Origin: a virus | Length of the DNA stretch: 64,000 nt | Virus record (IMG/VR): IMGVR_UViG_3300045988_160639 | Strand: one strand, 5' to 3' | In this document: positions 1 to 9,974 of the stretch, one piece after another | How positions within the stretch are numbered: the first letter of the stretch is position 1 | How the letters are laid out: every line of letters begins with the position of its first letter | Notes under the pieces: generated by a model | Told to the model about the DNA's origin: nothing | Databases searched by the model: none | The model's input: only the letters and a program-made list of their open reading frames with translations | Made by a program: the position numbers and the translations under genes

Positions 1-124
1 TTACTTGAAGTAACGGTTGAGGAGACCCTGGAATGCCTTGCCGTGTCTTGCCTCAACATGATATCACATTTTAAAAAACGCATAAATAAAGGAAAAGGCT
101 AATGAAACAATGAAAATATTGTGC

Positions 125-187
125 AATTTCCCACTAATTTCCCACTAAAAATCTTCCCACAATGATTTGCTTAATTATGTGGGAAAG
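125..187. repeat. TTCCCAC repeat cluster (two tandem 11-bp units, a third copy and one inverted copy)
   Basis: ATTTCCCACTA at 126-136 and 137-147, TTCCCAC at 154-160, inverted GTGGGAA at 179-185. All lie in non-coding DNA beyond the last minus-strand gene. Confidence 0.6.
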
Positions 188-220
188 GGCAGCTTTGTCA
201 TATTAATTTTGAAAATCGTA

Positions 221-257
221 AAAAATAGGGATAACGAAATTCACTTCGTTATCCCTA
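221..257 (-). terminator. Intrinsic terminator-like hairpin downstream of 278-739
   Basis: 13-bp perfect stem TAGGGATAACGAA / TTCGTTATCCCTA (226-238 / 245-257). The A5 run at 221-225 gives a U-tract on the minus strand. Confidence 0.65.
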
Positions 258-277
258 AAATTATATCTCAAATAGAA

Positions 278-739
278 TTATCTTTTCTTAGGCAACCAAA
301 ACCATATTTTATTCTTAGCCACCTTATAATAAGCTCTCTTACCATCAAATAAATAATACTCAATGCTATCCCCAAGTAATATAGCTATAAAACATAATAT
401 TATCCAGATAAGACAAAAGAACACATTACACTGTCCCCAAAAGAATGTAAATGGCAATCTACTATAATCCCATACAGGGTTATATCCGTATATCATCACA
501 AGCATAAGTCCAGTGATACCTTCACAAAACGTAGCTATACCAGTTCCTATAGCCAACTGCCATTGAAGCAATATCTCAAATGAAAAAAGATTATTTACAA
601 GCGAAGCTAAAAGTCCAATAGCACCAGCACAAAAAAACATACTGAGTGATGTGTAGCCACGGTATAATAGCTCGATTATAATATAAACAATTCCACAGGC
701 AACAAAAATCGTACTATTTTTGATTATTTGTTTAATCAT
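278..739 (-). CDS. Multi-pass membrane protein (WDYS-motif family), last gene of the lysis/tail-fibre block
   Basis: 153-aa ORF with several hydrophobic helices and a 'NPVWDYSRLPF' motif. It overlaps the upstream gene by 8 nt, indicating an operon. Confidence 0.55.
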   Translation of the reverse strand: MIKQIIKNSTIFVACGIVYIIIELLYRGYTSLSMFFCAGAIGLLASLVNNLFSFEILLQWQLAIGTGIATFCEGITGLMLVMIYGYNPVWDYSRLPFTFFWGQCNVFFCLIWIILCFIAILLGDSIEYYLFDGKRAYYKVAKNKIWFWLPKKR

Positions 740-1295
740 AACTTATCTCTATCGCATCTACAGCTTCAATAGTTTCGCAATTTCTTATCTGAACTTCTAT
801 TGACTGCTGTTTGCTTACCTTGGGTGCAACATAAGCTGCAATGCTCAGACTCAAAGCAAGTAAGTCATTATAACCGAACTCGGTACACTCTGCTGTAGTT
901 GCATTCCACTTCAGAGGATACTCAACACCTATTACTTTGGCTCTTTCGTAAGATGCTAAATTTCCATTCAGGAGTGACTGCTTCTCCTCGGTGCAACTGT
1001 AATACTTGCCATCGCTGTACAGATACGGATGACTTGCAAGCCATTCAGATAACATTTTTTTAGACTGTGCAATTTTATCTTCCTTGATACCATCAAGCTC
1101 TTCCTTAGTAATCTTACCCTTTTTAACATCAATAAGCTTGCCGTCCTTGATTATAAGATCAAAATTAGGAGCATAGGATACTATTTTCTTACCAAGTTCC
1201 GAATCATCTGAAACAACCCAATCGGCATCTCCGAGCCAGTCTGTATCTGGGTATTCCATATTGATAATAAACCATTTGTTTTTATATACTATCAT
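732..1295 (-). CDS. Tail-fibre-associated protein, DUF4376-like C-terminus
   Basis: 187 aa. The C-terminal 'YERAKV..PLKWNATTAECTEFGYNDLLALSLSIAAYV' resembles the DUF4376 domain common next to phage fibre genes. It overlaps both neighbours. Confidence 0.5.
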   Translation of the reverse strand: MIVYKNKWFIINMEYPDTDWLGDADWVVSDDSELGKKIVSYAPNFDLIIKDGKLIDVKKGKITKEELDGIKEDKIAQSKKMLSEWLASHPYLYSDGKYYSCTEEKQSLLNGNLASYERAKVIGVEYPLKWNATTAECTEFGYNDLLALSLSIAAYVAPKVSKQQSIEVQIRNCETIEAVDAIEISYD

Positions 1296-1558
1296 TTGAG
1301 AATTACCCCCATCTGCTGCTCCTCTTTCCTAACCACAGGAATATCAAATTTTTTCAATTTCTCTTCCAGCTCGTTAATTTCGTCTCTTACCGCCTGACGT
1401 TTGGCGTTTAATTCGGTCATGTCATACGGTGCAGTCAGCCCCATCAGCGCATATTCATAGCACTTGGCTATTTTCCAGTCGCCTATGGGGCTGGCGCTAT
1501 CCGACAGCTTCCAGCGGCAGTCAGCAATTTTCTGCTGGATTTCATTGTATGTATCCAT
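1292..1558 (-). CDS. Small phage protein (coiled-coil C-terminus)
   Basis: 88-aa ORF translationally coupled to 732-1295 by a 4-nt overlap. No recognisable catalytic motif. Confidence 0.45.
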   Translation of the reverse strand: MDTYNEIQQKIADCRWKLSDSASPIGDWKIAKCYEYALMGLTAPYDMTELNAKRQAVRDEINELEEKLKKFDIPVVRKEEQQMGVILK

Positions 1559-1571
1559 TTGTCGTACCTCC

Positions 1572-2540
1572 TCAGCCTATGCAGAAACAGGGGCGAATAC
1601 CACTCACAGTCGAAGCACTGCTGTTGCCCGCATAACCATTGCCGCCCACAAACGCAAAGTCGCTCGACAAAGAGACTGCTCTTAGCCACCACCAACCACG
1701 ATTACAAATGCACTTTGGCGCTATTCTGAACAGTGGGAATTGACGATAATTTATACCTACATCATATTTTCCACCAAAACAGATGCCACCATACACCTCG
1801 GGTTCAGACATTAAATTGGTTTTTATATCAACCCATGACCGACCATTCGTAGAACCTCCTAATACACTATTAGATAGCATTTCACGATGCGACAACAGGT
1901 GATTATTTAATTTCGCTGAAAAATGTGTATCATACACAGGTAACACCGATGCAAACATGAAACTGCCAACATATCCGCCAGTAGTTACATTTGCACCATT
2001 CATTCGGTTATTTCCAATATTCTCATCAGGCACAATAACAGCATGATGCTGTGTAAACGCCGTATCACCTGTATTCAGGTATGTATCTATTCCAGCAATG
2101 CGGAATTTGGTATTGTATGTGACAGTCTGGGTCGATTCGACCAGCGTTTTTGTACCATCATCACCGGTCTGTTCCACAAAACAGGGGACATTCGCAATGT
2201 CTCCCGACAACGTGAAATAGTCACCGATATATATGTCTGAAAACGACCCGTCACTAATCATGGCGCAGATGTCGTCAATGGTGTATCCTTTGGCGAATAA
2301 ATCATCGCCACGAAAGATATTATTATGATTTTCTGCGATAGTCTGTGATAAAATGTCGGTTTTGTCTGCCTTGGTACTTTCATACCCATTCCACTTTGTC
2401 TTATCAGCTGCTGTTACATGAATATCTGTATCGGTAATATGATTATTTACTTCCTCAGTAAGAGAACTAATATTTCCATTACCCTTTGTTATCTTTTTGT
2501 TTAGAATAGTATACATTTCATCATTATTGAATGTATTCAT
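1572..2540 (-). CDS. Tail fibre / receptor-binding-like protein
   Basis: 322 aa. The C-terminal 'WWLRAVS...VSGIRPCFCIG' resembles the WWLR...GVRP motif (DUF6273-like) of Firmicute surface and fibre proteins. It sits in the fibre cluster. Confidence 0.5.
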   Translation of the reverse strand: MNTFNNDEMYTILNKKITKGNGNISSLTEEVNNHITDTDIHVTAADKTKWNGYESTKADKTDILSQTIAENHNNIFRGDDLFAKGYTIDDICAMISDGSFSDIYIGDYFTLSGDIANVPCFVEQTGDDGTKTLVESTQTVTYNTKFRIAGIDTYLNTGDTAFTQHHAVIVPDENIGNNRMNGANVTTGGYVGSFMFASVLPVYDTHFSAKLNNHLLSHREMLSNSVLGGSTNGRSWVDIKTNLMSEPEVYGGICFGGKYDVGINYRQFPLFRIAPKCICNRGWWWLRAVSLSSDFAFVGGNGYAGNSSASTVSGIRPCFCIG

Positions 2541-2549
2541 TTACTCACC

Positions 2550-2789
2550 TCATATCTTTTTCCAGCCAGAAGAGGTAAGAATGTATACCTCGGTTTCACC
2601 GTCATAATTACCAACAATACACGTTGATCTAAGTGCAGGAAATACATCAAAATCTGGATTACCTGCAAATGTTCCACTTGCCTTTTTAATAGTAGTAGGA
2701 AGTTGTGCTATCTCGGCTTCTGTATCAACATAAAAACTACATATACTTGTATTATAGTCACCACTTCTTGTGGAAAGATTTCCAGCCAT
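2550..2789 (-). CDS. Hypothetical small phage protein
   Basis: 79-aa ORF, co-oriented and tightly packed (9-nt gap to the next gene). Confidence 0.4.
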   Translation of the reverse strand: MAGNLSTRSGDYNTSICSFYVDTEAEIAQLPTTIKKASGTFAGNPDFDVFPALRSTCIVGNYDGETEVYILTSSGWKKI

Positions 2790-2856
2790 AAAACCATCCT
2801 TTCATTATATAAAATAAGACTGCTATACAATAAGTACAGCAGTCTTGTATATGCAA

Positions 2857-3288
2857 TTAATCATTCTTTACAGGCAATTCGTTAAGTTCATCATAGCAGT
2901 TATGCACAAATGAATTGCCCCCAAGTGAGGTGTAATTAGAATATAGCTTTGCAAGGTTTTCTTTTTCATACAAGGTTATATATCCTGCTTTCATTCTTGA
3001 ATTATATATAATAAGAATGCTGTTCCTTAAAGTACACTGTAAAGCGAGACTCTGCTTTTTGAGTTCAGTATTAATTTCCTCGTTCTGTTCAATCTGTTTC
3101 TGTACAAGTTCTGTAAGGTTATCAATCTTAGCATTGATACCGTCCCGATCACTTGTCTTGGTTATCCAAGTGACAAATTTTGTACGAATAGGTTTTACAA
3201 TAAGAATAACTAAAGCAATGATAGTTGAGACACTTCCGCAGTATGTAGCGATAGTATCTAAATTGAGGTTTTCCATAACCCACCTCAT
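2857..3288 (-). CDS. Membrane-anchored coiled-coil protein (lysis-cassette associated)
   Basis: 143 aa with an N-terminal TM helix 'YCGSVSTIIALVILIV' followed by coiled coil. Overlaps the holin gene by 4 nt. Confidence 0.4.
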   Translation of the reverse strand: MRWVMENLNLDTIATYCGSVSTIIALVILIVKPIRTKFVTWITKTSDRDGINAKIDNLTELVQKQIEQNEEINTELKKQSLALQCTLRNSILIIYNSRMKAGYITLYEKENLAKLYSNYTSLGGNSFVHNCYDELNELPVKND

Positions 3289-3629
3289 TCCGAGATTTCA
3301 GGCTTATAGTCCGTGATCTCCAGTATGTCGTTCATGTTCTTGACCGCATTTTCAATAGCAGCCTCTATTGCATCTGCCGAGAACTTTAGATGATGCTCCT
3401 CTGCGATTGCAGTGAGCTTCGCAATTACCCACTTCTTCTTATCCTTGCCAAGATTTGTTCCATTAAAGAGCATTTCCGCAGCCTTTACAAACACGACTGC
3501 ATACTCGTTAAGAGTATTCCACTGCTCATTGTTCAGCTTAGTCTTGATCCAAGGTATTACAATAACGGTAATAATTGTGCCGAGCAGGGCAATAACCAGC
3601 TCAATGATAGTTGTAATGTCGATTGTCAT
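3285..3629 (-). CDS. Holin (LL-H-like)
   Basis: 114 aa with the N-terminal TM helix 'IIELVIALLGTIITVIVIPWI'. Lies immediately downstream of the endolysin. Confidence 0.6.
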   Translation of the reverse strand: MTIDITTIIELVIALLGTIITVIVIPWIKTKLNNEQWNTLNEYAVVFVKAAEMLFNGTNLGKDKKKWVIAKLTAIAEEHHLKFSADAIEAAIENAVKNMNDILEITDYKPEISE

Positions 3630-3646
3630 AATAAAACTTCCTTTCG

Positions 3647-4882
3647 TTACATCTTGAAATAATCACGGAAAGACTTGTATCCAAACTTCGTGATACTGGG
3701 CGCTCCACTCTTGGTTTCATCGCCATACCACTGAGAAGCCTTGGGTCTCGTATCCACATGGACAGCCCGACTGTTGATATACCCTATGCCGTATATTCCG
3801 CCCATCTCTTCCAGCGTTACGCACACAATCTTAGCGTCGATTATCTTCTTGTTTTTGTCATAGCAGACAATATCCGCTGCTCTTCCGAGAACATGATATC
3901 CCAATCCGTTACCACCGACCGCTTTGTCATGCTCCGCAGTCCTGTAACCACTGTTGACTATAATCATCGAGCAGTCCAGTTTTGCATACAGGGCTTCCAG
4001 AATTTCAATCAGCTTGTTATGTATTTTGACTTTATCCGAATAGACCTTACTGCCCGATTTACTGGTAAACTCCTTGACCTTGAAATGGTCAGAAAGCTTG
4101 GTTTCGCCATATTTCTTCAGCGGATAAGTCGTTATCACATTCTTAAATGTCGGTACTTTAAATGTGATATTATCGGGAACAACATACTTTGACGATTTAA
4201 CCGTCTCAGCTTTTGCAACTGTACCCTTACCGGTATAATCCTTATAACAGTAATCCATATCGGTCTTAGAGGAGAAACCGCTCGGTCGTCCGACCCATGA
4301 ATACTGATGAATAACATACTTGCCTTTGTAGCTTGTCTTTTCCAGAGGATTTCCGTTGGCGTCTCTTACGTGAGCTACCCAAGTGTCATAGTTCTCTTTA
4401 ACCCTGTCATCGAAAAATGTGTTCAGGTAACTTACACTGTTGTAGTTGCCAACCTTGTACCCAGCCTGTCCGATAGTGTCCATAAATTCTACAGCCATAT
4501 CAGACACAAGCTTTTTGGTAGGTGTTATACCGTATGTTCGCTTTACGTAGTTGTAGCTGCCGTTCTCCCAGTCGAAAAACACAGGATAATTTATGTTCTT
4601 TCTGTAGGGCAATATCGTCTTGAGACAGAACTCTGCTTCCTTTTTCGCATCAGCCACACTTCCTGCATAGCTAAACCAGTATATCCCGATATCAAGTCCG
4701 CATTTTATAGCATTTTCAATGTAGGTCTCAAACATCGGGTCAACCGTGTTAAAACCAAATCCAGCTCTGATAATCACAAAGTTAACCTCGGTTTTCTTAA
4801 CTCTGTTCCAGTCAATGTTTCCATTGTGTTTAGAGATATCTGCACCTTTTGCAATCAATTCCATGTAATCACCGCCTGTCAT
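3647..4882 (-). CDS. Bifunctional endolysin: GH25 muramidase + M15 (VanY/YcbK-like) peptidase
   Basis: The N-terminus 'GADISKHNGNIDWNRVK..FVIIRAGFG..GIYWFSY..FFDWE' is GH25-like. The C-terminus 'SGYRTAEHD..GYHVLGRAADI..AVHVDTR' has the Zn-peptidase H/D/H pattern. The likely true start is the ATG at 4864 (GGCGGTGA Shine-Dalgarno). Confidence 0.85.
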   Translation of the reverse strand: MTGGDYMELIAKGADISKHNGNIDWNRVKKTEVNFVIIRAGFGFNTVDPMFETYIENAIKCGLDIGIYWFSYAGSVADAKKEAEFCLKTILPYRKNINYPVFFDWENGSYNYVKRTYGITPTKKLVSDMAVEFMDTIGQAGYKVGNYNSVSYLNTFFDDRVKENYDTWVAHVRDANGNPLEKTSYKGKYVIHQYSWVGRPSGFSSKTDMDYCYKDYTGKGTVAKAETVKSSKYVVPDNITFKVPTFKNVITTYPLKKYGETKLSDHFKVKEFTSKSGSKVYSDKVKIHNKLIEILEALYAKLDCSMIIVNSGYRTAEHDKAVGGNGLGYHVLGRAADIVCYDKNKKIIDAKIVCVTLEEMGGIYGIGYINSRAVHVDTRPKASQWYGDETKSGAPSITKFGYKSFRDYFKM

Positions 4883-5219
4883 ATTCGTCTAAAATATCTT
4901 CCACCGACATATCATCGGTGTCATATCGGTTTGAATAGTTTATCTCTTCCGGCTCTTCATCTGTAATTGCTTTGTCCATCTCATCTGTTGGAATGCCCCA
5001 CTTGCTGCCGGTATAGGCTCTCACGCCGTTAAGCCCCGCATAAAATACAAAGGACACTGCGGAAGTTCCCCACAGTGTCTCAATGATCGTTATGCTAAGT
5101 GTTTCTACGGCGTTCTTGTCGAACCACGCCAGAACGTATGAAGCCAACGTGAAGAATAGGCTAACGCAAATACAGCCTATAAGCCATTTCTTAGAAAATT
5201 CCATCTTACGCTTTTTCAT
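4869..5219 (-). CDS. Small membrane protein (holin-like), acidic C-terminal tail
   Basis: The ORF-track frame is 4869-5306. The start was moved to the ATG at 5219, which is preceded by GAAGGTGAG. Two TM helices ('WLIGCICVSLFFTLASYVLAW', 'LWGTSAVSFVFYAGL'). Confidence 0.5.
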   Translation of the reverse strand: MKKRKMEFSKKWLIGCICVSLFFTLASYVLAWFDKNAVETLSITIIETLWGTSAVSFVFYAGLNGVRAYTGSKWGIPTDEMDKAITDEEPEEINYSNRYDTDDMSVEDILDEYDRR

Positions 5220-5232
5220 TATATACTCACCT

Positions 5233-6762
5233 TCACCGCAAACTATCAACAATAGACAACTCGTTGATGATGTTGATGTCTTCATCAAAAAACATTGATA
5301 TTTCATTTATCATCGGATAGTTATTTGCAGACATGATATAGAACCTATAAGTCGTGTAGGCAGTGTTATTATTAACTTCAAATGTTTTACTGAATACTTC
5401 TATAAGATTTTCAGAGAAAACATAATTACCCAAATCAGTATAGGAAGAACCGTCATTGGAGCCTTGCAGAGTAAAGGCTTTTACGCAATCGTCATATTGT
5501 GTATGAGCCTTATACATAACAAAGCTTTTCAACGTTTTTGCTGTTGGAAATTGTATTTGCAGCCATGTTGGAGTAGTCTTATCATTTGCCAACCAGTAAC
5601 TACTTGTACTCGTTGAGCCATCAAAAGCATAATATGGATTACAGCCTGAACGATAGCTACCTGCGGAGGCTATTATATCACCCTCATCGGTTGTTGTCGT
5701 GTCAGCTGTCATACTCATAAAACCATCGGAATATACTCGTGAAATTCCAACATAGTAAGATGTTGATTTAATGACTACTTTTGCTTTAGAAATAGACAAA
5801 GCGAGGTCTGCTAAATCTATGACTACAGTATTATTGGTCACGGTGTCATAAGTGCCTTTTAATTCATCATTTATGTATAATTCAAAGGCAGGGACGGTAT
5901 CATATAGTGTCTTATATTCCACAATATATTTTGATGTGGCAGTTATATTTGCAGTAAAAGAAACAGTTGATTTTTCAACCGTAGCAGATGGTTTTTCTCC
6001 ACTGTCAATATCATCCGCATTGCCATTAACATACCTATATACGTCCCTGTTGTAGTTCTGAGTAATTTCATCAGCAGTTAGCACCTTATCATAAATAGCA
6101 GCCCTGTAGTAATAGCTCTGACCGCCAGCGTGTTCATTCTTTCCTCCTGCTTTAACGCCAAGACACGGGAATAAAGTATTTGTTATCTTATTTGTACAGC
6201 TTGCTTCAGATAAATAAATTCCATTTATATAGGACTTCAGCGAGCTACCGTCAAATGTCATTGCCACATAGACAATTTCACCTTTAGTATAGGTCGAAGA
6301 CATATTTTTCCAACCGCCTGAGTATGCCTGAAGCGTAATTTTTGTAGAGTTTTCCGCTGTAATACCGAACCCGCCGTAATTGTCACTTGCATAGGTATTG
6401 ATTATATCGCTCTGGTAACTATCCAAAGAAACAATCTTCACCACAGCTTCTACGGTAAAACTGCTGTAAGTTGACATATCTATCGGCAAGACAATACCGC
6501 CACTGGCTACGGCTGGCTTAATGTAGTAATCTATATCAATGTAGTCCTTGGCTTCAGTGTCTCCCATAGAAACTCGATAGGCACTCTTTTCATGCACCAA
6601 ATCAGTCCACGATGCACCATCGGAAACGTGTCCGTAAGGCGTGTTCCATCTGCCGTCAAAAAAGGCATTTGCCCCCGATACATAACCCAGTTTTTCAGGG
6701 GTAACTTTGCTTGAACTGCCTCCACTGTTTACATATCCTCTTCGTGTAATAAAACAATCCAT
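5233..6762 (-). CDS. Tail fibre/receptor-binding protein with LamG-like and F5/8 type C (discoidin)-like domains
   Basis: 509 aa. 'FTVEAVVKI...VYVAMTFDGSSLKSYINGIYL' is LamG_3-like. 'SYWLANDKTTPTWLQIQFPTAKTLKSFVMY..FTLQGSNDGSSYTDLG' is discoidin-like. Confidence 0.6.
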   Translation of the reverse strand: MDCFITRRGYVNSGGSSSKVTPEKLGYVSGANAFFDGRWNTPYGHVSDGASWTDLVHEKSAYRVSMGDTEAKDYIDIDYYIKPAVASGGIVLPIDMSTYSSFTVEAVVKIVSLDSYQSDIINTYASDNYGGFGITAENSTKITLQAYSGGWKNMSSTYTKGEIVYVAMTFDGSSLKSYINGIYLSEASCTNKITNTLFPCLGVKAGGKNEHAGGQSYYYRAAIYDKVLTADEITQNYNRDVYRYVNGNADDIDSGEKPSATVEKSTVSFTANITATSKYIVEYKTLYDTVPAFELYINDELKGTYDTVTNNTVVIDLADLALSISKAKVVIKSTSYYVGISRVYSDGFMSMTADTTTTDEGDIIASAGSYRSGCNPYYAFDGSTSTSSYWLANDKTTPTWLQIQFPTAKTLKSFVMYKAHTQYDDCVKAFTLQGSNDGSSYTDLGNYVFSENLIEVFSKTFEVNNNTAYTTYRFYIMSANNYPMINEISMFFDEDINIINELSIVDSLR

Positions 6763-6774
6763 GTTATCCCACCT

Positions 6775-8313
6775 TTACGCTAATGTCCAGTTTTTATTAG
6801 TAGCTATAGCTTTTTGTTCATCTGTAAGCTTTGCAAGGTTTGTACTGCCAAGAGTAAGTGTCTTTGCCGTTTCATCGGTCAGATTCTTCAGGTTGTTAAA
6901 CATAGCAACCATGCTTTCTACCGTAAGATTAGAGGATACGTTAAGGCGAAGACTCATGTTCCAGTCCGTGCCAACCTGAACGTCTTCAAGAGCTGTGCAG
7001 TTATAAAATACATAATAAGAATTATTTGTAGATGTCAAGCTTGAATTAGTTGCAGTTGTAATACTTGAGGGTAAATATACTTTCTTTAAGACCTTACAGT
7101 CATAAAAAACTTGCACACCTATTGTAGTTACGCCTTCTGCCAAAGTGACTTCCTCCAGCTTTGAACATCCTTTAAATACTTCATTTCCCATACTAAGTGT
7201 ATCAAGATAACCTGTTACATTCACTTTTACAAGAGAAGTGCAGCTATAAAAAGTTCCTGTTGAAATTTTAGGCACTTCCAATTCTGCTGGAAGTGAACTG
7301 CAACTTTGGAAAATATTAGTTCCAAGAGTAGTAGCGTGAGTAAGTATTTTTTTTACTAACTCTCCAGACGTAATGTTTTTATTATCGCTAAAGCAATAAC
7401 CTCCAAGAGAGTAAAACGCATTATCGTCAATAGTTAAATTACTTAATGCCCCACTTTGTCTAAAAGCGTATATATCAATTTTAGTTACACTACTTGGAAT
7501 GTTTAAAGTTGTTAGAGAGGTACATCCCGAAAAAGCATAATCGCCGATTTCTTGCACCGTGTTAGGAATAGTAAAAGAAGATAATTTTGTACACGAATTA
7601 AACGCTCCATACGCTATTTTTTGAACCTGTTGTTTATCCTCTGGTATGTCAAAGATAAATTCTTCCAATGCAGTGCAATTCTGAAAAGCATTTTGTCCAA
7701 AATGATATAATGTTTCACTGCTGGATTTTGTAGCTCCAGTCAAAGTTACTTTCTTTAAGTTCGTACAATTACCGAACATACCAAACCAGCATTTTGGAAT
7801 TACTATCTCTGTAATTGTGGTGGTATAATCAAACACATAACTACTTAAAGAGCCGGCATGATTGAGTATATTTGTCACATCTTCATTAGTAACACTTGTT
7901 CGGGAAAAACAACTTGAACCTAACGACATCTTCGTTCCTTCTGCAAGTGTGATATTAGAAACGCCAGAATAATTAAAAGCACTAACACCTATAGATGTAA
8001 CACTTGCAGGGATATAAACCGTAGATAGAGCAGCTGTATTATAAAAACAATTACTCGGTATGCTTGGCATACCATCCGGTATATTGACTGATTTTAGTTT
8101 AGTACAACCAGAAAAACACGACCCATCAAATTTTACGCAGGTTGTAGGCAATTTTACACTTGTGATGTTTTTATTGTTGTAAAAAATGTTTGGATTAAGA
8201 CTTGTCACCCCATCAGGTACAATAACATCACCTGTAGGCAATCCTGAACTGTCAATGGGGTATATACCTTTTTGCTTTCCACCGCCACCGCCATATGTAT
8301 TATTTCCTATCAT
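6775..8313 (-). CDS. BspA-type leucine-rich-repeat protein (tail fibre/adhesin)
   Basis: 512 aa of repeated 'IP..V..IG..AF..C..L..' units typical of LRR_5/BspA repeats. Confidence 0.75.
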   Translation of the reverse strand: MIGNNTYGGGGGKQKGIYPIDSSGLPTGDVIVPDGVTSLNPNIFYNNKNITSVKLPTTCVKFDGSCFSGCTKLKSVNIPDGMPSIPSNCFYNTAALSTVYIPASVTSIGVSAFNYSGVSNITLAEGTKMSLGSSCFSRTSVTNEDVTNILNHAGSLSSYVFDYTTTITEIVIPKCWFGMFGNCTNLKKVTLTGATKSSSETLYHFGQNAFQNCTALEEFIFDIPEDKQQVQKIAYGAFNSCTKLSSFTIPNTVQEIGDYAFSGCTSLTTLNIPSSVTKIDIYAFRQSGALSNLTIDDNAFYSLGGYCFSDNKNITSGELVKKILTHATTLGTNIFQSCSSLPAELEVPKISTGTFYSCTSLVKVNVTGYLDTLSMGNEVFKGCSKLEEVTLAEGVTTIGVQVFYDCKVLKKVYLPSSITTATNSSLTSTNNSYYVFYNCTALEDVQVGTDWNMSLRLNVSSNLTVESMVAMFNNLKNLTDETAKTLTLGSTNLAKLTDEQKAIATNKNWTLA

Positions 8314-9974
8314 GCGATTACCTCACTTTTTATCTTAACTGTAATATCCTCCGTAGGTATCTCACTGCAAGAAAATACAAACGCTGTATCAGTCTCCGCC
8401 GATAAATAAACACCATTTTCGGCATACGCTTTGAGAGACGCAGCGTCAGGAATAGGCGTGTTTAGCCTGCTCGTATCCACTGTTGCAGATACTGTGTTGG
8501 TCTTAGTCTCACTGTCCCAGCTTGCAGCACTCAGCGTAATACTTTGAGATATCTTGGTCTTTATAGCTTCCAGATCGCTCTTAGAAGCGAAATTGATACC
8601 CGATACATCACCTGATACCCTCATCTGTATGGTAAAATCCACAGTCGGCTTTTCTTTGCGGCAAACTGTCGTGATGCTGCCATTAGCAGTTGTTATCTTA
8701 GTCAGGCAGGCAAATGCCTTTTCCTCACTGTCCCAGTTATCCTCTGTGTCGGAATATTTCAAGTCCACAATAGGCATATTGTCTGCACTGATAGATGTTA
8801 CTGTTACAGTCTGCGTATAAGGAGCAGTATTACTCCAGCCGGATGCAGGAAGCGTTGCGTATAAAACAGCACAGTCAGTATTGATATCGACCTTGCCCTC
8901 GGCAATTACATTTGTGTCTTCTTCTCCAATTAGCCAGTGTTTTGTGTCTGAGTCGATAGACGGTACAGGTGCTTTCAGTGATAATAACCAGTCAGCTTCA
9001 CTGCCTGTATAACCCTTTGCTACCGCCAGTTCATACGCCGATTTTCCGTCATCTCCATTAGTACCGTTTGTACCATTGGTGATAGTAGCGCTCGTGGTTC
9101 CCGAGCCATCAGTCGCAGTTACCGTGCAGCCCGTTTCCGTCTGCGATACCGACAACATAGCAGATGTACCGTTGGATACATTTGCGGTCGTAGTGCCATT
9201 AGCATCAGTCACAGTTATGGTAGCTCCAAGGTCGGTCTGTGTAACTTTGGCAGTAGGGGAGACACCATCGGTGCCCTTGTCTCCCTTTTCACCCTGCTGA
9301 CCTGTCAAAGCAGTCCAATGAGTAGCATCAAACTCTGTTCCTGATGTGTGAGCTTCGGTACATTGATAAATAATTGTGCCGTAAACAACTAAATTATCAA
9401 CAACATACGCTGTATTTGCGACCCAGCTTGGGATAGCACTATCGTTAATACACGTGATTACACCCTCCGAGCTGACCTTAATGGTCTCACCGTCTGGCTT
9501 AACACCGCCCAAAATCGTAGTGGTTGCTACAGGCAACGTATAAGGCTGCGCTTCGCTGCCCTTTATAACGCCGTTACTGTCGATAGTAATAGTTGTTCCA
9601 TCGACTTTAACACCGCCAAGGACTGTAGTGCTTGCTGTTGGAAGCGTGTAAGTTGTTGCTCCGTGGATAGTACCATCTTCGTCAACAGTTATTGTACTGC
9701 CGTCAGGTTTAACTCCACCCAGAGCAGATGTAGTCGCTGCTGGGAGAGTATAATCGCTGCCCACTACCGTGTCTTCCCATGTTAATTTTCCTTCGCTATT
9801 CGTACCGAATTTATCAAGAATTTGCATATTTGTGTGTGTATGTACCTTGTCCAACATTTGATTAGACAGCATTTGCCAACTGATTTTTTTATCAACGTGA
9901 TTAGATGTATTCAGAATAAATACATCTGCATCATTTAAACTTGTAATAGGGTCTAAATCGTAAATATATGCCAT
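8310..9974 (-). CDS. Tail fibre with triple 31-aa repeat and short collagen-like tract
   Basis: Three repeats 'YTLP.A(T/S)T..LGGVK.DG.TI.V...G.I' followed by 'GQQGEKGDKGTDG'. 4-nt overlap with the next gene. Confidence 0.7.
   Translation of the reverse strand: MAYIYDLDPITSLNDADVFILNTSNHVDKKISWQMLSNQMLDKVHTHTNMQILDKFGTNSEGKLTWEDTVVGSDYTLPAATTSALGGVKPDGSTITVDEDGTIHGATTYTLPTASTTVLGGVKVDGTTITIDSNGVIKGSEAQPYTLPVATTTILGGVKPDGETIKVSSEGVITCINDSAIPSWVANTAYVVDNLVVYGTIIYQCTEAHTSGTEFDATHWTALTGQQGEKGDKGTDGVSPTAKVTQTDLGATITVTDANGTTTANVSNGTSAMLSVSQTETGCTVTATDGSGTTSATITNGTNGTNGDDGKSAYELAVAKGYTGSEADWLLSLKAPVPSIDSDTKHWLIGEEDTNVIAEGKVDINTDCAVLYATLPASGWSNTAPYTQTVTVTSISADNMPIVDLKYSDTEDNWDSEEKAFACLTKITTANGSITTVCRKEKPTVDFTIQMRVSGDVSGINFASKSDLEAIKTKISQSITLSAASWDSETKTNTVSATVDTSRLNTPIPDAASLKAYAENGVYLSAETDTAFVFSCSEIPTEDITVKIKSEVIA

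Noticed and set aside
1-102. Plus-strand frame open from the window edge (..LLEVTVEETLECLAVSCLNMISHFKKRINKGKG*)
   Set aside because: It could be the 3' end of a gene that starts before the window. However, only 33 codons are visible and the region also forms a hairpin (GGTTGAGG..CCTCAAC). That is not enough evidence to call a CDS.
8310-9974. Diversity-generating retroelement or phase-variable fibre
   Set aside because: The three 31-aa repeats are intragenic tandem repeats. There is no reverse transcriptase, no template/variable repeat pair and no invertible flanking repeats in the window.
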